Source of the DNA: an uncultured Acidimicrobiaceae bacterium
GTDB taxonomy: Bacteria > Actinomycetota > Acidimicrobiia > Acidimicrobiales > RAAP-2
Length of the DNA stretch: 64,000 nt
NCBI GenBank assembly: GCA_963824355.1
Contig: CAWGOY010000004.1
Coordinates: 7,305 to 71,304, forward strand
Direction of reading: 5' to 3'
Both the position numbers and the translations under genes were made by a program. The notes under the pieces are model-generated. The model had not been told where the DNA came from and ran no database searches. It worked only from the letters and a program-made list of their open reading frames with translations. Below, piece after piece: positions 29,036 to 37,876 of this stretch. Numbering within the stretch: position 1 is the first letter of the stretch; each line of letters begins with the position of its first letter.

Positions 29036-30706
29036 ATGGAGACCATCGATGAGTTGATCCGCCGACGCGCCGGTGACCACCGGACCGGCCTGGTCTACTC
29101 CGACCGCACCTGGACCCACGACGAGGTCCTCCGGGCCCAGGCCGAGCGGGCCGCGCTGCTGGCCTCCCTGCGCCGTCCCGGCCCCTTCCACGTCGCCCTG
29201 TTGTTGGACAACGTGCCCGAGTACGTCTTTTGGATGGGTGGGGCGGCCCTGGCCGGCGCGGTGGTGGTGGGCGGGAACCCCACACACCGGGGCGACGAGC
29301 TGGCCCGTGACCTCTCCCATACCGAGTGCCAGCTGTTGATCACCAATCCCACCTACCGCCAGCTGGTCGACGGCTGCGACCTGGGCCCTGCCCTGCCGGC
29401 CGACCGGATCCTGGTGATCGACGACCCGTCGGGCGATCTCTCCGACGGCCCCTCCCCCACTCCCTACGGAGCCCTCGTGGCCGGCGTACGGGGGGCGGAC
29501 CTCCCCGATCCCGACGAGACCCGGGTGACCGAGGAGACACTGGGCCTGCTGCTGTTCACGTCGGGTACCTCGGGTGCGCCCAAGGCCTGCCTGTGCACGC
29601 AGGGACGTCTGGCCCGCATCGGCGGCATCGTGGCCCAGATGTTCGACCTCACCGGGGACGACGTCTGCTATCTGGCCATGCCCCTCTTCCACTCGAACGC
29701 CCTGATGGCCGGCTGGGCTCCCGCGCTGGCCGCCGGGGCCGCCGCCGCCCTGCGGGAGCGGTTCAGCGCGTCGCAGTTCCTCATCGACGTACGTCGCTAC
29801 GGCGTGACCTACTTCAACTATGTGGGAAAGCCGCTGTCCTACATCCTGGCCACGCCCGAACTGCCCGACGACGCCGATAACTCGCTGCGACGCTGCTTCG
29901 GCAACGAGGCAGCCGAGGCCGATGTGGCCCGATTCGCCGACCGCTTCGGCTGCACCGTCCAGGACGCCTATGGATCGACCGAGGGAGGGGCCACCGTCCA
30001 GCGGACTCCCGATACCCCGCGGGGTGCCCTGGGCCGGGCCCTGCCCGGCACCCTCATCATCGATCCCGACACCGGCCAGGAGTGCCCCCGGGCCGTCTTC
30101 GACGAGCACGGCCGCCTGCTCAACGCCGAAGAGGCCATCGGCGAGATGGTCAGCCAGACCGGGGGTGCCGGTTTCGAGGGTTACTGGCGCAACGCCGAGG
30201 CCGAGTCGGCCCGGGTCCGGAACGGGTGGTACTGGACCGGCGACCTGGCCTACCGGGATGAGGACGACTTTTTCTACTTCGGCGGGCGTGATTTCGACTG
30301 GCTCCGGGTGGACGGTGAGAACTTCGCCGCCGCTCCGGTAGAAGGGGTCCTCCAGCGCCACCCCGACGTGGTGCTGGCCTCGGTGTACGCCGTTCCCGAC
30401 ACCGTGGTCGGCGATCAGGTGATGGCCACCCTGCTCCTTCGGCCGGGGGCGACGTTCGATCCCGATGAGTTCGGCACCTTCCTGGCCGCACAGTCGGATA
30501 TGGGCACGAAATGGTCACCCACCTTCGTGAGGATCACCCCCGAGCTTCCGGTGACCGCCACCACCAAGGTATTGAAGCGTGTGCTGCGCAACGAGGGTTG
30601 GCACTGCGATGATCCGGTGTGGTGGCGTCATCACCGCGATGCACCGCTTCGCCCACTCCTCCCCGATGATGTCGAGGAACTCGACCGGGTGGTGGCTGCC
30701 CATTGA
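29036..30706 (+). CDS. Acyl-CoA synthetase (FadD-type, AMP-binding)
   Basis: Intact 557 aa: LLFTSGTSGAPKACLC, YGSTEGG, WYWTGDLAYRDEDDFFYFGGRDFDWLRVDGENF. GGGGGA lies upstream. The ORF track starts 3 nt earlier at GTG 29033. Confidence 0.88.
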   Translation: METIDELIRRRAGDHRTGLVYSDRTWTHDEVLRAQAERAALLASLRRPGPFHVALLLDNVPEYVFWMGGAALAGAVVVGGNPTHRGDELARDLSHTECQLLITNPTYRQLVDGCDLGPALPADRILVIDDPSGDLSDGPSPTPYGALVAGVRGADLPDPDETRVTEETLGLLLFTSGTSGAPKACLCTQGRLARIGGIVAQMFDLTGDDVCYLAMPLFHSNALMAGWAPALAAGAAAALRERFSASQFLIDVRRYGVTYFNYVGKPLSYILATPELPDDADNSLRRCFGNEAAEADVARFADRFGCTVQDAYGSTEGGATVQRTPDTPRGALGRALPGTLIIDPDTGQECPRAVFDEHGRLLNAEEAIGEMVSQTGGAGFEGYWRNAEAESARVRNGWYWTGDLAYRDEDDFFYFGGRDFDWLRVDGENFAAAPVEGVLQRHPDVVLASVYAVPDTVVGDQVMATLLLRPGATFDPDEFGTFLAAQSDMGTKWSPTFVRITPELPVTATTKVLKRVLRNEGWHCDDPVWWRHHRDAPLRPLLPDDVEELDRVVAAH

Positions 30707-30779
30707 GCCGGGGCAGCCGGAGCGAGGGCCGGATCGATGTCCGACCCCCGCCCGACCCGTCGGTGCACCAGCGCCCCGG

Positions 30780-31255
30780 CTACCCGACGGCGATGCCCTC
30801 GAACCCGGTATGCCCGGGCAGCTCCGACGCCACCGAACCGGTGGCCACCAGACCACCGGTGGCTGACACGGCGAAGGTGTCGACCAGGTCACTGCCGCCG
30901 GTCTCCACATAGAGCTCCGAGCCGTCCGGTGAGGCGGCCAGATCGATCGGACCGGGATCGGTGGCCGTCGATCCGACCACAATCGGCTGCCCGGAGGGAC
31001 TGATGGCATAGCTGGTCACCCCGGTGCCTCCGGTGGCATAGCGGCTGAGCTGGCGGAGGCTGCCAGCGACAGTGGGCTGGTAGGCGACCTCCTGGTTGCC
31101 GGTGACATCGTTGGTCTGCACGAACACCGGCCCTGCGGTCGGGAACGGTGGTGGATCGGGTCGGCACCGGCCGCGGCCGGGAAGCAGAGCGCGGCGATGG
31201 CTGCTGCCGCTCCGAGCGTGGCGGCAATGGCCGATGGGGTGACGATTCGTTTCAC
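30780..31255 (-). pseudogene. Remnant of a secreted beta-propeller lactonase-like protein (frame break plus apparent internal deletion)
   Basis: GTG 31255 (GGAG upstream) gives the signal peptide VKRIVTPSAIAATLGAAAAIAALCFPAAAGA. After a shift it reads VFVQTNDVTGNQEVAYQP...LAASPDGSELYVETGGSDLVDTFAV...GFEGIAVG. Only about 160 aa are present versus the roughly 350 aa that I recall as typical of this family. Confidence 0.5.
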
Positions 31256-31519
31256 GTACTGCTCCTTCAACGTCGACGGGGTTGTCACTCCACCGTCACC
31301 GGACGCCCGGCCGCGTTACGGCGTGAAGCCCATTGCCGATGACCATGCCGGTACCCCGCGGAGCCCGGCCCTTGGTCGGCGTAACGTCCCCGGCCCCGTC
31401 GATGACTGTTCCTGTGTGTACTCCTCCGACAGCAGGAAGACCGGGGCGCCCCGATGCCGAATCACTCGTCCGTGCCTGACGCCCCCCGGTCCGGATGGGG
31501 AAGGCCTACGCTTCCGGCC

Positions 31520-32116
31520 ATGGAGACCGATGTCGAACTCCTGGCCCGACTGCGGGCCGGTGACGAGCAGGCCTTCATGATGCTGGTGGCCCGGTACAAC
31601 GGCTCACTCCTGCGTCTGGCCCGCGCCTACGTGCCCAACGAGGCGGTGGCCGAAGAGGCGGTGCAGGACACCTGGATGGGCGTGGTCAAAGGCGTCGACC
31701 GGTTCGAGGGTCGTTCCTCCTTCAAGACCTGGCTCTTCCGCATCCTGGTCAACCGGTCGCGGTCGGCCGGCGTCCGCGAGCACCGCAACCTCCCACTCGA
31801 CACCGCCGAGCCGTCGGTGGACCCATCCAGGTTCGACGCCGGTGGTGCCTGGGCCCGACCGTTGGACACCTGGGAGGACGAGGTCGACGACCGGCTGGTG
31901 GCCTCCACCTGGACGGACACCTTGCGCCGGGCCCTCGACGACCTCCCTCCACGCCAGCGAGAGATCGTGCTCCTGCGCGACGTCGAGGGGATCGACAGTG
32001 GGGACGTGTGCGATGTGCTGGGGCTATCCGAGGGCAACCAGCGGGTACTTCTGCACCGGGGCCGAAGCCGACTCCGCTCCGCTCTGGAGACCGAGCTCGC
32101 CGAGCGGGGGCGTTGA
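31520..32116 (+). CDS. ECF-type RNA polymerase sigma-70 factor
   Basis: Region 2 is LVARYNGSLLRLARAYVPNEAVAEEAVQDTWMGV and FKTWLFRILVNRS. Region 4 is LPPRQREIVLLRDVEGIDSGDVCDVLGLSEGNQRVLLHRGRSRLR. Confidence 0.9.
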   Translation: METDVELLARLRAGDEQAFMMLVARYNGSLLRLARAYVPNEAVAEEAVQDTWMGVVKGVDRFEGRSSFKTWLFRILVNRSRSAGVREHRNLPLDTAEPSVDPSRFDAGGAWARPLDTWEDEVDDRLVASTWTDTLRRALDDLPPRQREIVLLRDVEGIDSGDVCDVLGLSEGNQRVLLHRGRSRLRSALETELAERGR

Positions 32117-32118
32117 CC

Positions 32119-32400
32119 ATGCTGCTCCGACGTCGCAACGAACTGGTGTGCCGGCAGGTGGTCGAGCTGGTCAGCGACTATCTGGAGGGAGCCCTGTCCC
32201 GCAATGACCGCAGGCGGTTCGAGGCCCACCTGGCCGGGTGTCCCAACTGCACGGCCTACCTGGCCCAGATGCAGGCCACCATCCGAGCCACCGGCCGGCT
32301 GGAGCCGGAGGACCTGTCGCCGGAGGCCCAAAACGAGCTCACCGCACTGTTCCGCCACTGGCGGGACGACGCGGACCGAGGGGACGCGCCCGCCGGCTGA
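32119..32400 (+). CDS. Anti-sigma factor, zf-HC2 type
   Basis: It starts 2 nt after the sigma stop: CRQVVELVSDYLEGALSRNDRRRFEAHLAGCPNCTAYL (HxxxCxxC motif). Confidence 0.85.
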   Translation: MLLRRRNELVCRQVVELVSDYLEGALSRNDRRRFEAHLAGCPNCTAYLAQMQATIRATGRLEPEDLSPEAQNELTALFRHWRDDADRGDAPAG

Positions 32401-32430
32401 GCCGACACCCGGGTGGTGACCCGCCGGCGC

Positions 32431-33618
32431 TCAGCCGTCGATGCCGAGGATCAGGCCGCTGGTGGGTACGCCGGTGCCCGCGGTGACCAGAACGTGCTCG
32501 ACGTCGGCCACCTGGTTGACCGAGGTGCCCCGCACCTGGCGGACCCCTTCGGCGATCCCGTTCATCCCGTGCAGATAGGCCTCGCCCAACTGGCCGCCGT
32601 GGGTGTTGATGGGGAGTCCACCGCCCAGCTCGATATTGCCGTCGCGTACGAAGTCCTTGGCCTCGCCCTTGGCACAGAATCCGAGCTCCTCGAGCTGGTA
32701 GAGGACATAGGGGGTGAAATGGTCGTAGAGCACCGCGGTCTGGATGTCGGCCGGCGACAGGCCCGAGGTCTGCCACAACTGACGGGCTACCACGGCCATC
32801 TCCCCCAGACCGGTGAGATCGTCGTAGTAGTACGAGGTCATCATCTCCTGGCCGGGACCGGCTCCCTGGGCGGCCGCTTCGATGACCGCCGGTCGAGAGG
32901 GCAGGTCGCGGGCCCGCTCGAGTGAGGTGACCACCAGGGCCTGTCCCCCATCGGTCTCTTGGCAGCAGTCGAGCAGGTGGAGGGGCTCGACGATCCAGCG
33001 GGAGGCCTGGTGCTCCTCGAGGGTGATCGGCTTCCCGTAGAACCAGGCCCTGGGGTTGGTGGCCGCGTGCTTGCGGTCGGCCACCGCCACCCGTCCCAGA
33101 TCCTCGGAGGTGGCCCCGGTCACATGGAGGTAGCGCTGGGCGGCCATGGCCACCCATTGGGCCGGCGTGAGCAGCCCGAACGGGGCGTACCAGGCGAAGT
33201 TGGCCGTCTCGGCGTTGGGCACCGGCGGGCGGTCCTGGACCCCAGCTCCGAACCGGTTGCCCGACCGTTCGTTGAAGGCCCGGTAGCAGACCACCACGTC
33301 GGCCACGCCCGCCTGCACGGCGAGAGCCGCTTGCTGGATGGTGCCGCAACCGGCCCCGCCTCCGTAATGGATGCGGCTGAAGAAGGTGAGCTCGCCCATG
33401 CCGAGGCTGCGGGCAATCTCAATCTCCGGATTGGTGTCCGAGCTGAAGGTCACCAGTCCGTCCACTTCGGCCGGTTCGATGCCGGCGTCGCGGAGGGCCA
33501 GGTCGACCGCCTCGGCAGCCAGGCGCAACTCGCTGCGACCCGACTCCTTGGAGAACTCGGTGGCGCCGATTCCCACGATGGCGGTGTTGCCGACAAAGGT
33601 GTGTCCGGTTCCGCTCAT
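32431..33618 (-). CDS. SCP-x/lipid-transfer-type thiolase-fold protein (Ltp2-like)
   Basis: 395 aa: AIVGIGATEFSKESGRSELRLAAEA..., LLDCCQETDGGQALVVTS, INTHGGQLGEAYLHGMNG. No canonical thiolase Cys-acyl motif seen, as in Ltp-type aldolase/thiolases. Confidence 0.8.
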   Translation of the reverse strand: MSGTGHTFVGNTAIVGIGATEFSKESGRSELRLAAEAVDLALRDAGIEPAEVDGLVTFSSDTNPEIEIARSLGMGELTFFSRIHYGGGAGCGTIQQAALAVQAGVADVVVCYRAFNERSGNRFGAGVQDRPPVPNAETANFAWYAPFGLLTPAQWVAMAAQRYLHVTGATSEDLGRVAVADRKHAATNPRAWFYGKPITLEEHQASRWIVEPLHLLDCCQETDGGQALVVTSLERARDLPSRPAVIEAAAQGAGPGQEMMTSYYYDDLTGLGEMAVVARQLWQTSGLSPADIQTAVLYDHFTPYVLYQLEELGFCAKGEAKDFVRDGNIELGGGLPINTHGGQLGEAYLHGMNGIAEGVRQVRGTSVNQVADVEHVLVTAGTGVPTSGLILGIDG

Positions 33619-34094
33619 GAGGCCGGCAGACGCAGGTGGACGGCGCCGGTCACGTGGTCGCCCAGGCTGTTGGTCCCGCGCACGGTGACCACCACGCCGC
33701 CGCGGCCGTCTCCACCCGCTACCTCGTCCTTGGCCGAAACCGAACCGGTCAGGGTCATGGTGTCATCGGGGTAGTTGGGGGCGCCCAGCCGGATCTTGAC
33801 GTCGGTCAGCAGCGCGCCAGGGCCTGACCAGTCGGTCACGTAGCGCCCGACGATCCCGTTGGTCGAGAGGATGTTCATGAAGATGTCCTTCGATCCCCGC
33901 TCGACGGCAAGCACCGAGTCGTGATGCACATCCTGGTAGTCGCGAGAGGCGATGGCCGTCGACACGATGAGGGTTCGGGTGAGGGGAACCGGCAGCACGG
34001 GTAGCTCGTCCCCGACGGCTACGTCCTCGAATCGGAGTGTGGTGGTCCGGGCCACTGTGGAGGTCGCCGTGACGGGTTTGGCGGCGGCGGTCAT
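33615..34094 (-). CDS. MaoC-like (R)-hydratase hotdog protein (ChsH1-like)
   Basis: 160 codons: TAIASRDYQDVHHD...FMNILSTNGIVGRYVTDW. ATG 34094 overlaps the upstream stop and the stop overlaps the ltp start. Confidence 0.75.
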   Translation of the reverse strand: MTAAAKPVTATSTVARTTTLRFEDVAVGDELPVLPVPLTRTLIVSTAIASRDYQDVHHDSVLAVERGSKDIFMNILSTNGIVGRYVTDWSGPGALLTDVKIRLGAPNYPDDTMTLTGSVSAKDEVAGGDGRGGVVVTVRGTNSLGDHVTGAVHLRLPAS

Positions 34095-35262
34095 ACCGTC
34101 ACCTGGTGGCCGGCCCGCATCTCGGCCACCACCTGCCGACCCAACCGGGCCAGCTGGGCGCTCGGAGCACCGAGCAGCAGCTCGATCTGCTTGCCCCACA
34201 GGAAGTACCGGTGGATGGGGTACTCGACGTCCGCGCCCATGCCCCCGTGCAGGTGCTGGGTGGCAAAGACGACCCGCTGTCCGGCCTCGGCGGCGAACCA
34301 CGAGGCCACGCTCACGGCAAGGTCGGCGTCGAGGCCGTGGTCGAGTCGCCAGGCCGCCTGCTGCATGGTCACCCGGATGGTCTCGGTGTCGATGGACGCG
34401 TCGGCAGCCCGGAGCATGGTCCCCTGGAAGGTGGAGAGGGGCCGTCCGAACTGCTCACGGGTGTTGAGGTAGGCGGCGGTCTGGCTCACCGCCGCTTCGG
34501 TCACCCCGACCTGGATGGCGGCCAGCCCGGTCCAGGCCCGGTTGAGCATCCATGTCACCATCTCCCGGCCCCGGGAGGGGTCCCCCCCGGCCAGCAGGTG
34601 GTCCAAGGGAACCGTCACCCGCTCGAGATGGAGGTGGGGATGGACCTCGCGATTGGTGGTCACCGCCCGCTCGATGGTGACGCCTTCGGCCGTGGGATCG
34701 ACCACCGCGATGACCACGCCTTCGTCGCTCACGGCGGGAACCAGCACCCGCTCGGCCACATGGGCGAAGGGGACGGCGAATGCAGTCCCGGTGAGTACGA
34801 CCGATCCTTCGGAACCCGCTGCACCTGGTCGGCGACCGCCGGCTGGCCCGGGCCGCCCACGGCCAGGTCATTGGCCACGTCAGCCAGAGCGGCGGTGAGC
34901 ACCACCTGGCCGGCGACCACGCCGGGCAGCAGGCCGGCCCGCAGGGCGTCGGATCCGAACTCGGCGACAGGCAGCGCCCCGAGGACAGTGGTGGCCCACA
35001 GCGGGACCGGAGCCACCACCCGGCCCTGTCCCTCGAGGACCAGGGCACAGCTCGACCATGCCGAAGCCGCCGCCGCCGTAGGCCTCGGGAACGGCCAGAC
35101 CCAGCAGGTCGGCCTTGGCCAGCTCGGCCCACAGTTCGCGGTCGAACCGCTCGTCGGTGGCCTCGACCTGCTGCGACCCGGTCGGGGGTGACCAGGCCGG
35201 CGAAGATGCCCTCCACGGCCTCTCGGACCGCGTGTCTGCTCCTCGTTGAAGGTGAAGTCCAT
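34091..35262 (-). CDS. Acyl-CoA dehydrogenase (FadE-type), several frame breaks in the 5' half
   Basis: The C-half is intact (ORF 34091..34759: AAYLNTREQFGRPLSTFQG...QHLHGGMGADVEYPIHRYF). The N-half MDFTFNEEQ / EGIFAGLVTP / FDRELWAELAKADLLGLAVPEAYGGGG is read across three frames. Confidence 0.85.
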
Positions 35263-36357
35263 CAGCTCGTCCTCGTCTCGTCGGCCGCCGCTGAGGCGGG
35301 CGGGGCCGGTCGGAACACCGGCAGGGTCAGGTCGTCATCGAAGGCTTCGAAGGCGGCGACCACCGGCATGCCGATGGCCACGGTGTCCGGGGTGATGTCG
35401 GCCACGTTGGCCACCAGCCGGGTGCCCTCCTCCAGCTCGACCAGGGCTACCACCAGCGGGTAGTCGAACGCCGGCACCTGCGGGTAGTGGTTGACCACGA
35501 AGCTGTAGATGGTGCCCCGACCCGAGGCCTCGAACGGGCTCCCACTCGAAGGACCGGCAGTTGCGCACAGGCCGGGCGGGGCGGGTGGCGCAGGGTGCCG
35601 CAGCTCGTGCACCGCTGGATGAGCAGCTTGTGCTCCTTGGCGCCGTCGAAGAAGAAGCGGTTGTCCTGGGTCAGGGCCGGCCGGGGTCGCGTCGGGCCGG
35701 GTCGCCGGCCGGCGCTCCGCCGGCTCGAGCCGTCGCGGCCTCGGCCGGACTCGGTCGCCGGCCGGCTCCGGCCGGGCCTGAACTTGAGGATGCGGAACAG
35801 CATGGTGGCGACGAGCTCGCCGTCCTGGTCGGTGAGTCCAGACGGGTGGTGATGAAGTGGCCCACGCCGAGACCGGTCGCCTTCTCCGGTGAGACCGAAT
35901 CGATGACCGATGTGACCTCGAGCTCGTCGCCGGGGACCAGCGGCCGCTCGTAGTGCTGGTCGCAGTTGGTGGCCACCACCGAGGTGAACCCGGCCTCGTC
36001 GAGAGCGGCCATCAACCGGTCGCTGGGCGACATCGCTCCGGACTCGGCCGGTCGGCCCGGGCCGCCTCGGTCTCCTGGGTGGCCCGCAGGCCGCGCATGA
36101 TCCAGGCCTGGAGCATGGTCGGCGGGGCGATGATGCCGGGAAATCCGGCCTCCCGGGCCGCCGACTCATCCACGTAGACCGGGTTGACGTCCCCCATGGC
36201 TTCAACCCAGTGCCGGATCATCGGCAGGTTGACCGGGTCGGGGGCGCGGTGACCGGACCGGCGACTGGCCAACGAAGGACTGCAGCAGCTCGTCGAACGC
36301 GGTTGCCCGGCGAGATGCGCCGTCGGAGGCGGTCGGCCGCTCCTTCTGGGTGCTCAC
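35262..36357 (-). CDS. Bifunctional MaoC-N-terminal hotdog / DUF35 OB-fold zinc-ribbon protein (ChsH2-like), several frame breaks
   Basis: The reconstruction begins at GTG 36357, which overlaps the upstream stop. It then reads APDPVNLPMIRHWVEAMGDVNPVYVDE...ATNCDQHYERPLVPGDEL. The DUF35 part follows: FFFDGAKEHKLLIQRCTSCGTLRHPPRP...RGTIYSFVVNHYPQVPAFDYPLVVALVELEEG. Confidence 0.75.
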
Positions 36358-37515
36358 CTGGCTGACCGCTTCATCCCCAGCCCGGCCATGGCCAGGATCT
36401 CGCGCTGGACCTCGTTGACCCCACCCCCGAAGGTGTTGATCTGGGCCTGACGGCCGGCCCGCTCGAGCTCGCCGTGCAGCGCCGCGCCCGGCGTGTAGGG
36501 GCTCAGGTAGCCGGCGGCGCCGACCACGCCCAGTAGCCGGCGGTAGATCTCGACGGTCGACTCGGTCCCGAAGACCTTGACCGCCGACGAGTCGGCCGGG
36601 CCCAGGGTGTCGTCGGCTACCGCGGCCACCATCCGCCAGTTGAGCAGCTTCTGGGCCTCGAGCAGGGCGTAGGTGCGGGCCAACTCGACCTGGACCCACT
36701 CGACGTCGGCCACCCCCTGGTCGATGGCCCACTGGGCCGTCTCGCTCCCACAGGCGGTGGGCCAGCGCACTGACCGCGGCCAGCCCCACCCGCTCGTGGT
36801 TGAGCTGCCCGGTGATCAGGCGCCAACCTTCGTTCTCCTCCCCGACCAGGGCCGTCCTGGGCACCCGGACACCGTCGTAGTAGGAGGCGGTAGTGGCGAC
36901 GCTGCCCACGGTGACGATCGGCGTGCAGGAGAACCCGGTTGCCGAGGTGGGCACCAGAAGGATCGAGATCCCTTTGTGCTTGGGAGCATCGGGATCGGTA
37001 CGGACGGCCAGCCAGATGTAGTCGGCCTGGTCGGCGCCGCTGGTGAACACCTTGTTCCCATCGATGACCCACTCGTCCCCGTCGAGGACGGCCCGGGTGC
37101 GCAGGGAGGCCAGGTCGGTGCCGGCACCCGGCTCGGTGTAACCGATGGCGAAGTTGATCTCGCCAGCCAGGATCCCCGACAGAAAGTAACTCTTCTGCTC
37201 CTCGGTTCCGTAGCGCATGAGCATGGGACCGACCGTGTTGAGCGTGACGAATGGGAACGGAGCCCGGGCCCTCTGGACCTCGTTGAAGAAGATGAACTGG
37301 TCGGAGACCGGCCGCCCCTGGCCTCCGAACTCCTTGGGCCAGCCGATCCCCAGCCACCCGTCCTTGCCCATACGGCGGACCAGGGTTCGGTGCACCTCTC
37401 CGCCCTCGGCCTCGGTGTCGAGCGCTCGCCGGGCTTCATCGGTGAGGATATCGGCGAAGTAGGCCCGGAGTTCGGCCCGGAGAGCCAGTTCTTCAGGTGT
37501 CTCTTCGAGATACAT
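36354..37515 (-). CDS. Acyl-CoA dehydrogenase (FadE-type), one net frame break near 36760
   Basis: It begins MYLEETPEELALRAELRAYF and continues LGIGWPKEFGGQG...AIGYTEPGAGTDLASL...DGNKVFTSGA. The C-end in ORF 36354..36770 reads FGTESTVEIYRRLLGVVG...TFGGGVNEVQREILA. Confidence 0.88.
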
Positions 37516-37715
37516 GGCCTGTTCCTCTTCTCTCCGGCTCTCTCTGGCTCTCGGGCCTCGGCGGCACCTCGTGCCGCCTCGAGTCTCTCTCCTGCGGTGC
37601 GTAACGGCTTCCTCGGCCACGTCGGTACGGCCAGGACGATCGGCCCTCGGCCGTCCTTCGGCCGAACCAGGGCCGTGTAACGCCCCTCGGATCTTCCAAC
37701 CCCCTGCACCGTCAC

Positions 37716-37730
37716 CGCGTTGTGAACGCG
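37716..37730. promoter_or_regulatory. Inverted repeat CGCGTT-gtg-AACGCG
   Basis: Perfect 6-bp arms with a 3-nt spacer in the fadE/cyp divergent intergenic region. Confidence 0.3.
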
Positions 37731-37785
37731 ACCATCGCTGGGCCCTCGAATGGTAAGGCCCCAGGTGTGACTGACCTATGATAAC

Positions 37786-37799
37786 TGATACACGTTCTA
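37786..37799. promoter_or_regulatory. KstR-like box TGATACACGTTCTA (1 mismatch to TnnAACnnGTTnnA)
   Basis: It lies in an AT-richer patch (ctatgataactgatacacgttctagaaacgtcatc) between the divergent igr-like operon (start 37515) and the P450 gene (start 37877). It overlaps a second IR, ACGTTCTAGAAACGT. Confidence 0.45.
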
Positions 37800-37876
37800 G
37801 AAACGTCATCGAGGCCATCGGGGCGGGATGCCCTGCTGTTGTACCCAATCATCCAGATCCACCCGGGGGAGACGCC

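Noticed and set aside
27931-30361. Long antisense ORFs (27931..29052 plus strand, 373 aa; 28949..30361 minus strand, 470 aa)
   Set aside because: They lie opposite the LLM monooxygenase and the FadD synthetase respectively. They have Gly/Arg/Val/Pro-rich composition and no motifs.
32339-33349. 336-aa minus-strand ORF in an alternative frame of the Ltp-like thiolase gene
   Set aside because: Arg/Gly/Pro-rich and out-of-frame with the clear thiolase-fold sequence of ORF 32431..33618.
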